From Trichomonas gallinae (taxonomy: Eukaryota), in contig MRSU01011447.1 of the NCBI GenBank assembly GCA_008369845.1, positions 1-48,020 of the forward strand: a stretch of DNA of 48,020 bases, in the 5' to 3' direction. The position numbers and the translations under genes were made by a program. Positions 9,988 to 19,262 of this stretch are shown here, piece after piece; within the stretch, counting starts at the first letter, position 1; the number at the start of each line of letters is the position of its first letter. The notes under the pieces were generated by a model, which worked only from the letters and a program-made list of their open reading frames with translations, was not told where the DNA came from and ran no database searches.

Positions 9988-11541
9988 ATGATGGATGACA
10001 TTTTATACAAAATACGACAAAGAGACATAAATGTGAGGAGCAACAGAGAATTCAACAACCTCCGCCATATTTCGAACGATTTATATGACCAGATCAACAA
10101 AAACAGAGAAATTGAAAAACAAATACAAGAAACGACAGTGAAAATCCAACCATACCAGAAATGCGTTGAAAACTCTGCATTAAAGAGTGATATAGAAAAG
10201 GTTGAAAAGGATATAATTCAAAAAGAAGATTTGATTGTTCAATTAGAACAAAAAATCAGAGAAAATATTGAGATAATTGAACAGAAGTCAACGGCTTGTA
10301 TGACACAAAAGTACCGTAACTCCAAAATTCAGGAGAAATATGATAAGTTCCAGCAGAAATTAAGTGGCTTGAATACAAAAATCCAAGAGATCTCGTTGCA
10401 GTTAATAAATAATCGATCTACAGAAGAACAAGTTACAAAAAAGATGAATGAAATCCAAACAGGCATTGAACAATATAAATCCTATATTAAATCCATTGAT
10501 TCAAGGATGGATTTCATTAATAAACGAGGAGCCAGCTCATTCTCCATCAAGAAATCCTCTTTACCAGTCCAAGTTCAGCAAAATACAGAAACTGGAAAGC
10601 GAACGAAGACAAGGCGCCAGAGATTGTATTCTTACGATGTATACAAAGACATAACAAACTCATATGATCAATGTATTTCCAAGTTTAACTTTTCAAATCA
10701 GATTTATTCCATTGATTTTTCAAGATCGTGTCAAAATTTCGCCGTTGGAGGCGCAGACAGGAGTGTTCATGTCATTGCTCTCGATAAGGGTGCAGTGATT
10801 GCAAATCACACCAATGTTAAGAATGGAATAATGGCAGTTAATTATTCACCAACGGGAAACAGGCTTTTATCAGCATCGTTCGATCATATTATCTCATTGT
10901 ATGACTCCAATACGAACCAACTCCAGTTTTCCACATCACTTCATAATGATGCAATTAATGATTGCATTTTCACTTCAGATTACTCATTCTGCTCTGCTGG
11001 ACGTGACTGCATGATATACAAGTTTGATATCAACAAGCGCTCAACGAAATCTTTCATTAGATGCCAAAGCACGCCAGAATCTATTGCATTGCAGTCGGAA
11101 GGAAGTTTGCTCATCAGCGCACACAGGGATGGAAAGATCAGGTACTGGGATATGTTCTCAGACAAGTTCTCAATGGAATTCCAAGCAAGTCGAGACCAGA
11201 TTGTCCAGGTGATGTGCGATGAGTCGGAAAACATGATCTACACAATCAGCAAGGGAAGACTGATAACAAGTTTCGATAAAAGAATCCCAGGACAAATTCT
11301 TTGCCAGAAACCTTTGACAGATACACTCGTTTTGGACCACATGAAGGCTGCATTCCACAAGGACAAGATATACATTGGAGGATTGAACGGATACTTGAAA
11401 GTCTTGGACATCAACAAGTTGGAAGAAGTAAACCGTTTGAAATCATCTCATCAAACACAAATATGCGCAGTTGGCATCCATCCAATCTTGGGAACAATCG
11501 TCACAGGCGATGTTTCGGGATGCGTTTATATTTGGAATTAA
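9988..11541 (+). CDS. Coiled-coil plus WD40 protein, ATG16L/TipD-like
   Basis: N-terminal helix DILYKIRQRD resembles the ATG16L1 ATG5-binding helix, followed by a long coiled coil and about 7 WD40 repeats (ISAHRDGKIRYWD, compare ATG16L1 MSGHFDKKIRFWD). The ORF extends to an ATG at 9928; 9988/9991 was chosen as start by similarity only. Confidence 0.7.
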   Translation: MMDDILYKIRQRDINVRSNREFNNLRHISNDLYDQINKNREIEKQIQETTVKIQPYQKCVENSALKSDIEKVEKDIIQKEDLIVQLEQKIRENIEIIEQKSTACMTQKYRNSKIQEKYDKFQQKLSGLNTKIQEISLQLINNRSTEEQVTKKMNEIQTGIEQYKSYIKSIDSRMDFINKRGASSFSIKKSSLPVQVQQNTETGKRTKTRRQRLYSYDVYKDITNSYDQCISKFNFSNQIYSIDFSRSCQNFAVGGADRSVHVIALDKGAVIANHTNVKNGIMAVNYSPTGNRLLSASFDHIISLYDSNTNQLQFSTSLHNDAINDCIFTSDYSFCSAGRDCMIYKFDINKRSTKSFIRCQSTPESIALQSEGSLLISAHRDGKIRYWDMFSDKFSMEFQASRDQIVQVMCDESENMIYTISKGRLITSFDKRIPGQILCQKPLTDTLVLDHMKAAFHKDKIYIGGLNGYLKVLDINKLEEVNRLKSSHQTQICAVGIHPILGTIVTGDVSGCVYIWN

Positions 11542-11659
11542 TTTTTTTTGTTAAATACACTCCATCTTCAACCAGCACCATTCGCTTATATATTTGTTTA
11601 TTATGCTATCTAAATTTTATTATTTTAATATCATAGCTTCATTTTTTAAATCATGGAAA

Positions 11660-11749
11660 GATGTTACAGCTTTGATTTGGGCTCCAAAATAAGGTCATAA
11701 TGAAATTGTCAAGGTCTTTCTCACAGATCATGGGATAGTTGTCAATGCA
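11660..11749 (+). pseudogene. Ankyrin-repeat gene fragment
   Basis: Translates as DVTALIWAPK*GHNEIVKVFLTDHGIVVNA, a single ankyrin repeat with an in-frame TAA at 11690-11692. No flanking ORF. Confidence 0.7.
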
Positions 11750-12310
11750 ATAGTCTGTGCCAGAACAAACAGAAATTATTAAACAAATAGCAGTACATAA
11801 AGTATCAATACAATTTATCAACAATTTGAGTTATTATACAGTCTCAGACATATATTTAGTATGACACATATAAAATATATAAGACTATCAGCCTTATATT
11901 TAAATATTCATGTAATTATCAAAATTGATGAAAAACATTTTGACGATACTTCATATATGTTAAATATTTATTGTGAAAATCACCTTATTATAACGGAGTA
12001 GTTAATGTTGATATTCCAATTTTTGATAATTTAGAAGCTATAGATCAAACAATTAAAATATTTGTGCAAAATAGGTTAAGTGTTTTAAAATTAACATATA
12101 TACATGTTTTAAAATTCAAATAGTAAAGCAGACAGCTTATCTTTTGAATAATATATTGGCCAATGAAATCTTTTTAACATATGCAAATTTAAAATGAGAT
12201 TTAAAGGCTAATTCATGTAAATATATAGAGTTCCTAAACGCTACGCATCAAAAATGCAGATATAAATAGCTACATAGAAATTTATTTCATACAAAATAAA
12301 CAAAAGCAAG

Positions 12311-12748
12311 TTAATGGTAGTTTATAAGCTGCTTAATATCCGATGGATCTATTATATTGCATGCAGCATCACTTTCTTTCAAAGACTTCTTCACATCACG
12401 CGCAATGAAGTAGTTCTTTGTATTGAAGTTATTAATATAAGGAAGAATGAAGCTCCAGTTCTCAGCGAACCAGCAGAGAAGCGCTCCTCTGTTCCTTTTC
12501 GCCAATCGATCAACACTAATGTTAATTTTTTGCGATGTATCGCATGCAAACCTCAAGAGATCTTCTAGTTTGAACTTTCCACCGTAATTTGTTTCCAATA
12601 TCTCTGTAATTAGGTCAATTTTGATTCCAGACATGTTCAATCTCCTAGCAATCTCTGTATGGTCCTTTAAGTTCTTGGAATTTGTGCTGTTGAGCTTCCT
12701 GAACTTCCTTGTAGAGATCAAATCGTAGACTAGGTTGTTAGAAATCAT
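12311..12748 (-). CDS. Small trichomonad hypothetical protein with a DRLAKRNRxALLCWFxENW motif
   Basis: ATG at 12748, 16 nt after the A of a TCATTTT initiator at 12764; 145 aa. The ORF-track TTG start (12778) lies upstream of that initiator. Confidence 0.75.
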   Translation of the reverse strand: MISNNLVYDLISTRKFRKLNSTNSKNLKDHTEIARRLNMSGIKIDLITEILETNYGGKFKLEDLLRFACDTSQKINISVDRLAKRNRGALLCWFAENWSFILPYINNFNTKNYFIARDVKKSLKESDAACNIIDPSDIKQLINYH

Positions 12749-14824
12749 AATTACTAATAAAAATGATTTAATTTTCAATAGTTTCTATTGAATTTTTTAC
12801 GTTTCTAACTTGGAAGTTTGTTAAAATCAATAGATAACCATATTAATACCAAACAATAAATAAACTTCTGCTGAATGCTCAAAGAAATTAGATTCTAAAA
12901 TTGTGAAAATTTTCTTATGAAAAGTAAATTATCAAATTTTGCTGTTCATGGAACTGCATGTGTCATAAAATATAATTTATCATTTGTAAAAATAATTTTT
13001 TATGAAATAATGAATTGAAAAGTTTACGTCGGTTATTTTTTGAACAATTATTTTGTTTATTAATTAATATTTAAACATACAAGCAAATTAGGATTTTTAA
13101 ATGAGCATTTTTACATTCAAATTTTGTGAATTAAAATCAATTTAATTTCAATTCGGATTCAAAATTAACCTATAAAACTAAAACAGATTGAAATGACATA
13201 AATCTTATAAACATGCAAAAAATTTTGCACGTGAGATTTCAATGCTTAAATATTCATCAGAGAATATCATTGTATTTCATTATTAAACATATTTAACACG
13301 ACAAGGCAATTTAATAAATGGTTATTTTTTGAAAGTTACGTTCAATTTTTTGCTACAATTTAAGAATGTAAGGGTTTATATAATAACCTTTAGATTATGA
13401 TGATACATAAAATATTCTCCGTAATTGTCAGTTGTTTGACTGGAATTTTTTTAATTGCTACTTGATTGTGCTAAACATCAAGAATTGTTGTTAGATCGTA
13501 TTCCACATTAAAATATCATGATTCGTCGGCCAATTAGGTTTTTGATTCTCAAACAACATTTTTTTCTGAGGCTTTTGAGCCATTATATATGTAATAGGCT
13601 GATAGACAAACATAACAAAGAAGATACTATCGTCGTGTTTTCCTTTCAATTATATTGAATCTGAATTTACGGGTATCACATTGTAGTTCATTCATAAAAT
13701 TTTGCTTAATTAATGCTGTAATGACATATAATCTGTTCTTCAGACTATTTTGGCGATCTTTTATATCCCTTAGACAATTGGATTTCTAATCACCATTAAA
13801 ATCATGGAAATATCACATAATTCCCTGTTATAGTTCATAAAAGTCATAATATTGAATAAACAAAAGATGAATAGCAAAAATTTGCAATCGTATAGATTCC
13901 GAAAAGCTACAAACACGGTTTTAAGTAAAGATTTAACAGTTTTATGAATTTATCATTATGATTTATAATAAATATCCTTTCTACAACTCAAAATATAATT
14001 CAAATATTATCAAAAAGATTTTTCCTTAAAGCAGCCGTCCTATATTAATTCTTTATATCAAACATGATAATAATACAAAGGCTTCGAACTCACCTACTCA
14101 ATTATCTCGATATCTCAGTCATTGTTTGCTTATATATTCAGCTAAATACATAAATATCTATAGTATAATCTATAATATAAATTTAGTTCAAATTACTTGA
14201 GAAATGGAAAGGCGATGGAATAGAAGGATCCTCACTGAAAAATGAATATAAAGAAACCACATAACCGAACAATTTGGCACAAACTTCATATATAGGTACA
14301 GTGCCAATTGGAGGTTACATATGCAGTGTTACTTGATCCTGCTGCAGTAAGATACTGCTTCGAAAATTTCATGTTTGCTCCTAAATCTTGATTTAGATGA
14401 ACTTGAATTTAAAATTGCAATATCATCTTCAATTTTAGTAGTATATGATTATCTTATGCTTAGCATATGTGCAACTGTTTGTTGTAAACACGATGGAATT
14501 AATATTATGTTTTGATATTTAAGTTATAAGAATTTCCCTCGTTGATCATTACTCCATTAAAATAAGGTTCTAAGATATGGAAGTCTCAACATTTGACTTA
14601 ATAAAAACGTTATATTTAATATTTATGCACTACATGCATGCTGTTTATGACATTGTTATTGATCAAAAACCGAAATTCATTCTAAAATCAAGTCAAAAAC
14701 AGTAAAATGATGGAATTAAACGGGCAAATGAATTTATATTGATTTATATTACTCTTCCAGACCTTGTTTTATGACAAAACTTAAAAAAAGCAACTTCACT
14801 TTTTTTTTTCTAAACTTCCATAAA

Positions 14825-15802
14825 ATGTCTGCGGCGAAAGTTCTTCCATGGGTCGAAAAATACCGTCCATCCAATCTCGATGATGTCGTCAGCCATGAAG
14901 CTTGCATCAGCACTATAAAGAAATTCATAGACAAGAAGTGTTTACCACATTTATTATTCCATGGCCCCCCAGGTACAGGAAAAACAACAACAGCTATCGC
15001 CATTGCTCACCAATTGTACGGTAAAGACACATCCATGTCAGTTTTAGAACTTAACGCGTCTGATGAGCGTGGTATCGATACTGTAAGAATGAGAATCAAA
15101 GATTTTGCTAGCTCACGTAGCCTTTTCGGTCCAGCAATCAAATTAATCATCCTCGATGAATCAGATGCTATGACTGGTGCCGCTCAAGCTGCTTTACGTA
15201 GAATTATGGAACAATTTACTTCAAATGTTCGTTTCATTTTGATATGCAACTACCCCGAAAAGCTCATTCCAGCTTTACGTTCTAGATGCACAGAATTCAG
15301 ATTCCAGCCACTTCCTGATGAAGATGCTGCTAAATTCTTGAGACGCATCGCATCTGAGGAACAGCTTAGCATGGATGACCGTGGTCTCCAGGCACTCCTT
15401 AAACTCGGTATTGGCGATCTTCGTCGCTCAATCAATTTAATGCAAACAACAGCTATGTCAAATACGAAAGAAATTACTGAAGCTAATGTATATAGATGCT
15501 CTGGATATCCTCTTCCAGAAGAAATTGCTCGCACACTTGAGCAATTAATGAATAGGCCATTAGATGAGGCATTAAAGGCATTAAATGAACAAGTTTTCAA
15601 CAACGGTTTGTCCCTTCTTGATGTTATCAGGGAACTCCATAGCCAAGTAGTTTTGATGGAAATAGCTCCTTATCCATTAGCTTCATTGATTGAAAGATTA
15701 GCCGAAATTGAAAGATGTATAGCTGAAGGCTCACCAGAGCGTGTCCAGTCAGCTGCTATCGCTTCGGCATTCCAATTACTTAGAATCGAGATTGAAGCTT
15801 AA
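14825..15802 (+). CDS. RFC5: Replication factor C small subunit (human RFC5 / yeast Rfc3 type)
   Basis: LPWVEKYRP, Walker A GPPGTGKT, LELNASDERGID, KLIILDESDAMT, SRC motif and GDLR. Start placed at ATG 14825, downstream of the TCACTTTT initiator near 14796, rather than at 14771. Confidence 0.92.
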   Translation: MSAAKVLPWVEKYRPSNLDDVVSHEACISTIKKFIDKKCLPHLLFHGPPGTGKTTTAIAIAHQLYGKDTSMSVLELNASDERGIDTVRMRIKDFASSRSLFGPAIKLIILDESDAMTGAAQAALRRIMEQFTSNVRFILICNYPEKLIPALRSRCTEFRFQPLPDEDAAKFLRRIASEEQLSMDDRGLQALLKLGIGDLRRSINLMQTTAMSNTKEITEANVYRCSGYPLPEEIARTLEQLMNRPLDEALKALNEQVFNNGLSLLDVIRELHSQVVLMEIAPYPLASLIERLAEIERCIAEGSPERVQSAAIASAFQLLRIEIEA

Positions 15803-16119
15803 ACAACTTCATCACCAGAGTCATTTCTGACTACATTTCTATTTATTTAAGACATACATAACTTGAAATTAAAAATATTATATAATTTTTTTGAATTTTT
15901 CTTTTTATTAACTCTAAGCAACATATATATAATTTATATGAGGAGCATTTGATTTTGTAAGTTATAATTATCATTTTTGAAAAATCCTCTTTTTCTCGAA
16001 AGAGATCATATGGTATCTACAAATAGCTAAATTACTTCAAAATGATGATTACGCATGAATCAATTATTTGAAATTCCAATTAATAATTTCGAAATCTTAA
16101 TTAAGAAGTTTGCTTACAC

Positions 16120-16320
16120 TCAAGACCCCCCGAGACGCCGAGAAATCCCAACACCTTAGTTAGATACAACTTTATTTTATAGATTTAACTGAAGATAGCA
16201 AGGCAAAGTTACCTCATAACGCAAATTGACCAACTGGAGGCGCCACTGGTTATAGGGAATCGGGTGGCACCTATATTCTTCCACTATTCGTGCATGTATA
16301 GAATACACAGTTGCATGAAA
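16120..16320 (-). other. GC-rich intergenic island with several stem-loops (candidate ncRNA or element relic)
   Basis: Four hairpins and one cross-pairing (detailed in findings). No ORF and no recognised RNA family. Strand inferred from G-U pairs only. Confidence 0.35.
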
Positions 16321-16362
16321 AGTACCAATTAATCGAGAGAAGTTTTATGCCAATAAATAAAA

Positions 16363-16473
16363 TTTACACGACAGAAATAATATTACATAGCAAAAACAGT
16401 TTATTTACATGGCAGATGTTAATCAATTGAATGGATAATGCTTTACATAACACAAATAATTATTTACATAGCA
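16363..16473. repeat. Five spaced copies of (T/A)TTACAYRRCA
   Basis: TTTACACGACA at 16363, ATTACATAGCA at 16382, TTTACATGGCA at 16404, TTTACATAACA at 16442, TTTACATAGCA at 16463. Confidence 0.65.
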
Positions 16474-16733
16474 AACCAAAGTTGGCCATCACGATTTTAC
16501 AACATATACCGATTAGAAAAACAATATTTCCCATCAGATGTATTCAACCATTTATCTTCTGAAATTATTTGAATTCGGCTGAATTATTTAATATTGAACG
16601 TCTGCACAATCCACATAAAAACAGTTTTACGAAGGTTTTGGACATTGTCATGTTTTCTATAGTTCTGAAAATTCTTAATCCAATTTTGAGAGCTTTTAGA
16701 ATATTTTTACAAAAAAATATTTTTTATTTTTAA

Positions 16734-17738
16734 ATGAGTAATACGATTGTTATTCAAGGTACATATCGGCCTCTAACGATACCTTCTGTGGTAGGCAACT
16801 ATACGCTATACAAGACCATCGGGAAAGGCGCTTTTGCCGTAGTTCTCAACGGTGTAAACAATAAAACATGCGAAGCTGTTGCGGTTAAAGTGATTGATAG
16901 GGAATTAATTGTCAAACAGAATATTACAAGGTATACCGAAAACGAATTACGCCTTCATTCGAAGTTATCTCATCCAAATATTGTTAAAGTCTACGATATA
17001 TTTTATTTGGACGAAGTAATAATGATTGTCATGGAATTATGTATCATGGGAGATTTATATACAATCATGAAAAGACACTTTGTTTTCACTGTTGATGAAC
17101 AACAAAGAATTGCATACGAATTACTCAGTGCGCTCGACTATTTACATCAACGAAGCATCATTCATAGAGATATCAAAGCAGAAAATGTAATGTTTGACCA
17201 AAATTTTCATCCGAAATTAATTGATTTTGGTTTGGCCAGAGAAGAGGCCTATTCTCGAAGTACTTTCGTTGGAACATTAGATTACATAGCTCCAGAGATC
17301 TTGAAGGGATTACAATACGATGGAAAAAAATCTGATATATGGGCTTTAGGCGTTACTCTGCACGTAATTGCTACTGGAAATTTCCCATGGGTCACAAGGA
17401 GCGCAGTAAAACACGTTTTTGATGCGAAACATGATCAAATTGAAATCCTTAATGAAGCAACTGGAGTAATGGAGCAGATAATAGATAAGTGCTTATGTAT
17501 GGATCCAAATAAAAGACCTTCTTGCAGCGAACTTCAAAAGTTAATTCAGATTGTTCCTGATCAACTAGAAAATGTTATGCAAAATGCTAATTATAGAGCA
17601 GTGAGTTCAGATATATTCCCAAATAAGAGAAATGTTAGTGCACTTTCCAAAATTGTTGGAAACAGCAATCCACTAAAGAATTCGGCTAAGATATTTATTC
17701 CTATGAGGAAGACAAGAACCAAAGCTAAGGTATTGTAA
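16734..17738 (+). CDS. CAMK-family Ser/Thr protein kinase
   Basis: GKGAFA, VAVK, HRDIKAEN, DFG, GTLDYIAPE and DIWALG. Paralogous to the kinase at 2866 (shared ENELRL...HPNIVKV and YDGxKxDIW). Confidence 0.93.
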   Translation: MSNTIVIQGTYRPLTIPSVVGNYTLYKTIGKGAFAVVLNGVNNKTCEAVAVKVIDRELIVKQNITRYTENELRLHSKLSHPNIVKVYDIFYLDEVIMIVMELCIMGDLYTIMKRHFVFTVDEQQRIAYELLSALDYLHQRSIIHRDIKAENVMFDQNFHPKLIDFGLAREEAYSRSTFVGTLDYIAPEILKGLQYDGKKSDIWALGVTLHVIATGNFPWVTRSAVKHVFDAKHDQIEILNEATGVMEQIIDKCLCMDPNKRPSCSELQKLIQIVPDQLENVMQNANYRAVSSDIFPNKRNVSALSKIVGNSNPLKNSAKIFIPMRKTRTKAKVL

Positions 17739-18048
17739 TAAATTATTGTTTATATCCCTAGTTTATAAATTCAATTTTTTTTCTTATTTTAACAATCACA
17801 ATTAATCCAACATAGAAACGCCACAAATTTCAATATTATGCATAAACAAGCTATCAGCGTGTTTACAAATCAAAAACGAAAAAAATTGATTTTATCTTCA
17901 ATTAGATTTAGTAAATAAGGCTATTAGACGAGATTTTCATATTTATTTTTGTCCTAGTTTTTTATTAAAATAGAAGCGATATTTGCTAGAATGTATTTTG
18001 ACAATTTGACACTTTACGTAACATAATTTACAAAGTGGAAAAAAGTGT

Positions 18049-19035
18049 TTATTCAGATTGAATGAAAATGAAAACATAAATAATAAAAGTGGAATATTGT
18101 GTACAACGGACTCTGCATGATTCAGGTGGATAGTTAAGGACAGTGACGCGAATAGCACCAACATTGGCGTTGCCAATAGATTTGAACTTGCGAGGAAGAT
18201 GAGGCAGTGGCATTTCGTTGTTGCCTTGGATCATGACAGTGTCGATGAATATTAGATTGGAGTAGTGGATGCTCGAGTTCGTCTTACTCGGTGTATTGGA
18301 AAATTCATTCTCGAGTGCGATGCATCCTGGATGTCCGCTTATAAAGCTAGAGCCACCCCCACCCACGCCAGTGTAGTCCATCGACGCACCACCATAATAC
18401 CCACCTCCACCTGTCCCACCTCCATCTGTTGTACCGTCAAGAGTGTGAGACATGCCAAAGCTTCCGTTCATTATTGCAGGGATTTTCGGTGCATAATTAA
18501 AAATGTAGCCCCCGTGAATTTGGGTGCCACCCCCTGCAATAGCTCCTTCGAATATAGCACTTCCTCCTTCAAGTCCACCACCATGGCCACCTATATTGTT
18601 AGGCCATTCAGCAGAGCCACCGCCTCCTGCGACCAAAATTCGTGACCGCAGTGAGACTTCATCCCACCAGTTTTTATGATACACCAATCTGACATCAGAT
18701 CCACCACCTGGCAAAATCGAATTTTTTGTTCCGTTGTTTGCATTAAAATAACCGGTTTTGCCAATATAGAAAAATAACTTCCTTGTCTCATTGAATGAGA
18801 TAATTCCTGAGCTATAGCCTCCAAATCCGGGATATGATCTTTCGCTAGGAGTAACCCACCATCCAGATACAGATCCCCACGCTTCTATGCGATAGAGACC
18901 AGGTGAAAAATCGACAATATATGGTGTGCAATCGATATTAGATTGACATGGATTATAAAATGTCCATGAATGAGGCCGTTCAATAACGTTAATTTGGTCA
19001 GCAATGGATGAATTTGCAACTTCATAGTGGATCAA
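18049..19035 (-). CDS. Glycine-rich domain (ALK/LTK Gly-rich type) putative surface protein; start uncertain (TTG), possibly a pseudogene
   Basis: PGLYRIEAWG, GGYSSG, SRILVAGGGG, GGGGYYGG and GGGGSSFISGHPGC, with a Cys plus hydrophobic C-terminus. The TTG start is directly preceded by an in-frame TAG. The first in-frame ATG is at 18471 (residue 189). Confidence 0.75.
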   Translation of the reverse strand: MIHYEVANSSIADQINVIERPHSWTFYNPCQSNIDCTPYIVDFSPGLYRIEAWGSVSGWWVTPSERSYPGFGGYSSGIISFNETRKLFFYIGKTGYFNANNGTKNSILPGGGSDVRLVYHKNWWDEVSLRSRILVAGGGGSAEWPNNIGGHGGGLEGGSAIFEGAIAGGGTQIHGGYIFNYAPKIPAIMNGSFGMSHTLDGTTDGGGTGGGGYYGGASMDYTGVGGGGSSFISGHPGCIALENEFSNTPSKTNSSIHYSNLIFIDTVMIQGNNEMPLPHLPRKFKSIGNANVGAIRVTVLNYPPESCRVRCTQYSTFIIYVFIFIQSE

Positions 19036-19262
19036 CTAATGTTAAAATGATAGTTTGGCTTAGAGCACAAAAGTTTTATGATATAAGGTTAATTTTATAC
19101 TGGGTAGTTATGCAGTGTCACTTTTTACAAAGCATCATATCTGATATTTTCGGATTAAAAATCATCGGGACCTAAGTAATATACCACATTGATGAGGTTT
19201 CCTTATTTTTTAAACAGAAAATAGATATGCTTTTCATATTTATAAAAAATACTAAGAAATGT

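Noticed and set aside
14200..14440. Slightly GC-richer, coding-like patch in the long intergenic region
   Set aside because: The frames I translated are interrupted and give no recognisable peptide. It may be a decayed gene but cannot be supported.
14771..14824. N-terminal extension of RFC5 in the ORF track
   Set aside because: The upstream ATG precedes the TCACT initiator and the extension encodes a poly-T-derived stretch. Homology begins after ATG 14825.
16189..16215. CTGAAGA as a possible hammerhead core
   Set aside because: No stem II followed by GAAA, and no matching stem I/III with a cleavage triplet.
16363..16473. Repeat-spacer pattern as a CRISPR-like array
   Set aside because: Repeats are only 11 bp and degenerate, spacers are mostly about 10 bp, there are no cas genes, and the context is eukaryotic.
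19036..19140. Intron ending at TTTTAACATTAG that might rescue the Gly-rich gene start
   Set aside because: The upstream ATG/GT combinations I tried are out of frame or hit a stop, and branch-point spacing does not match the trichomonad consensus.
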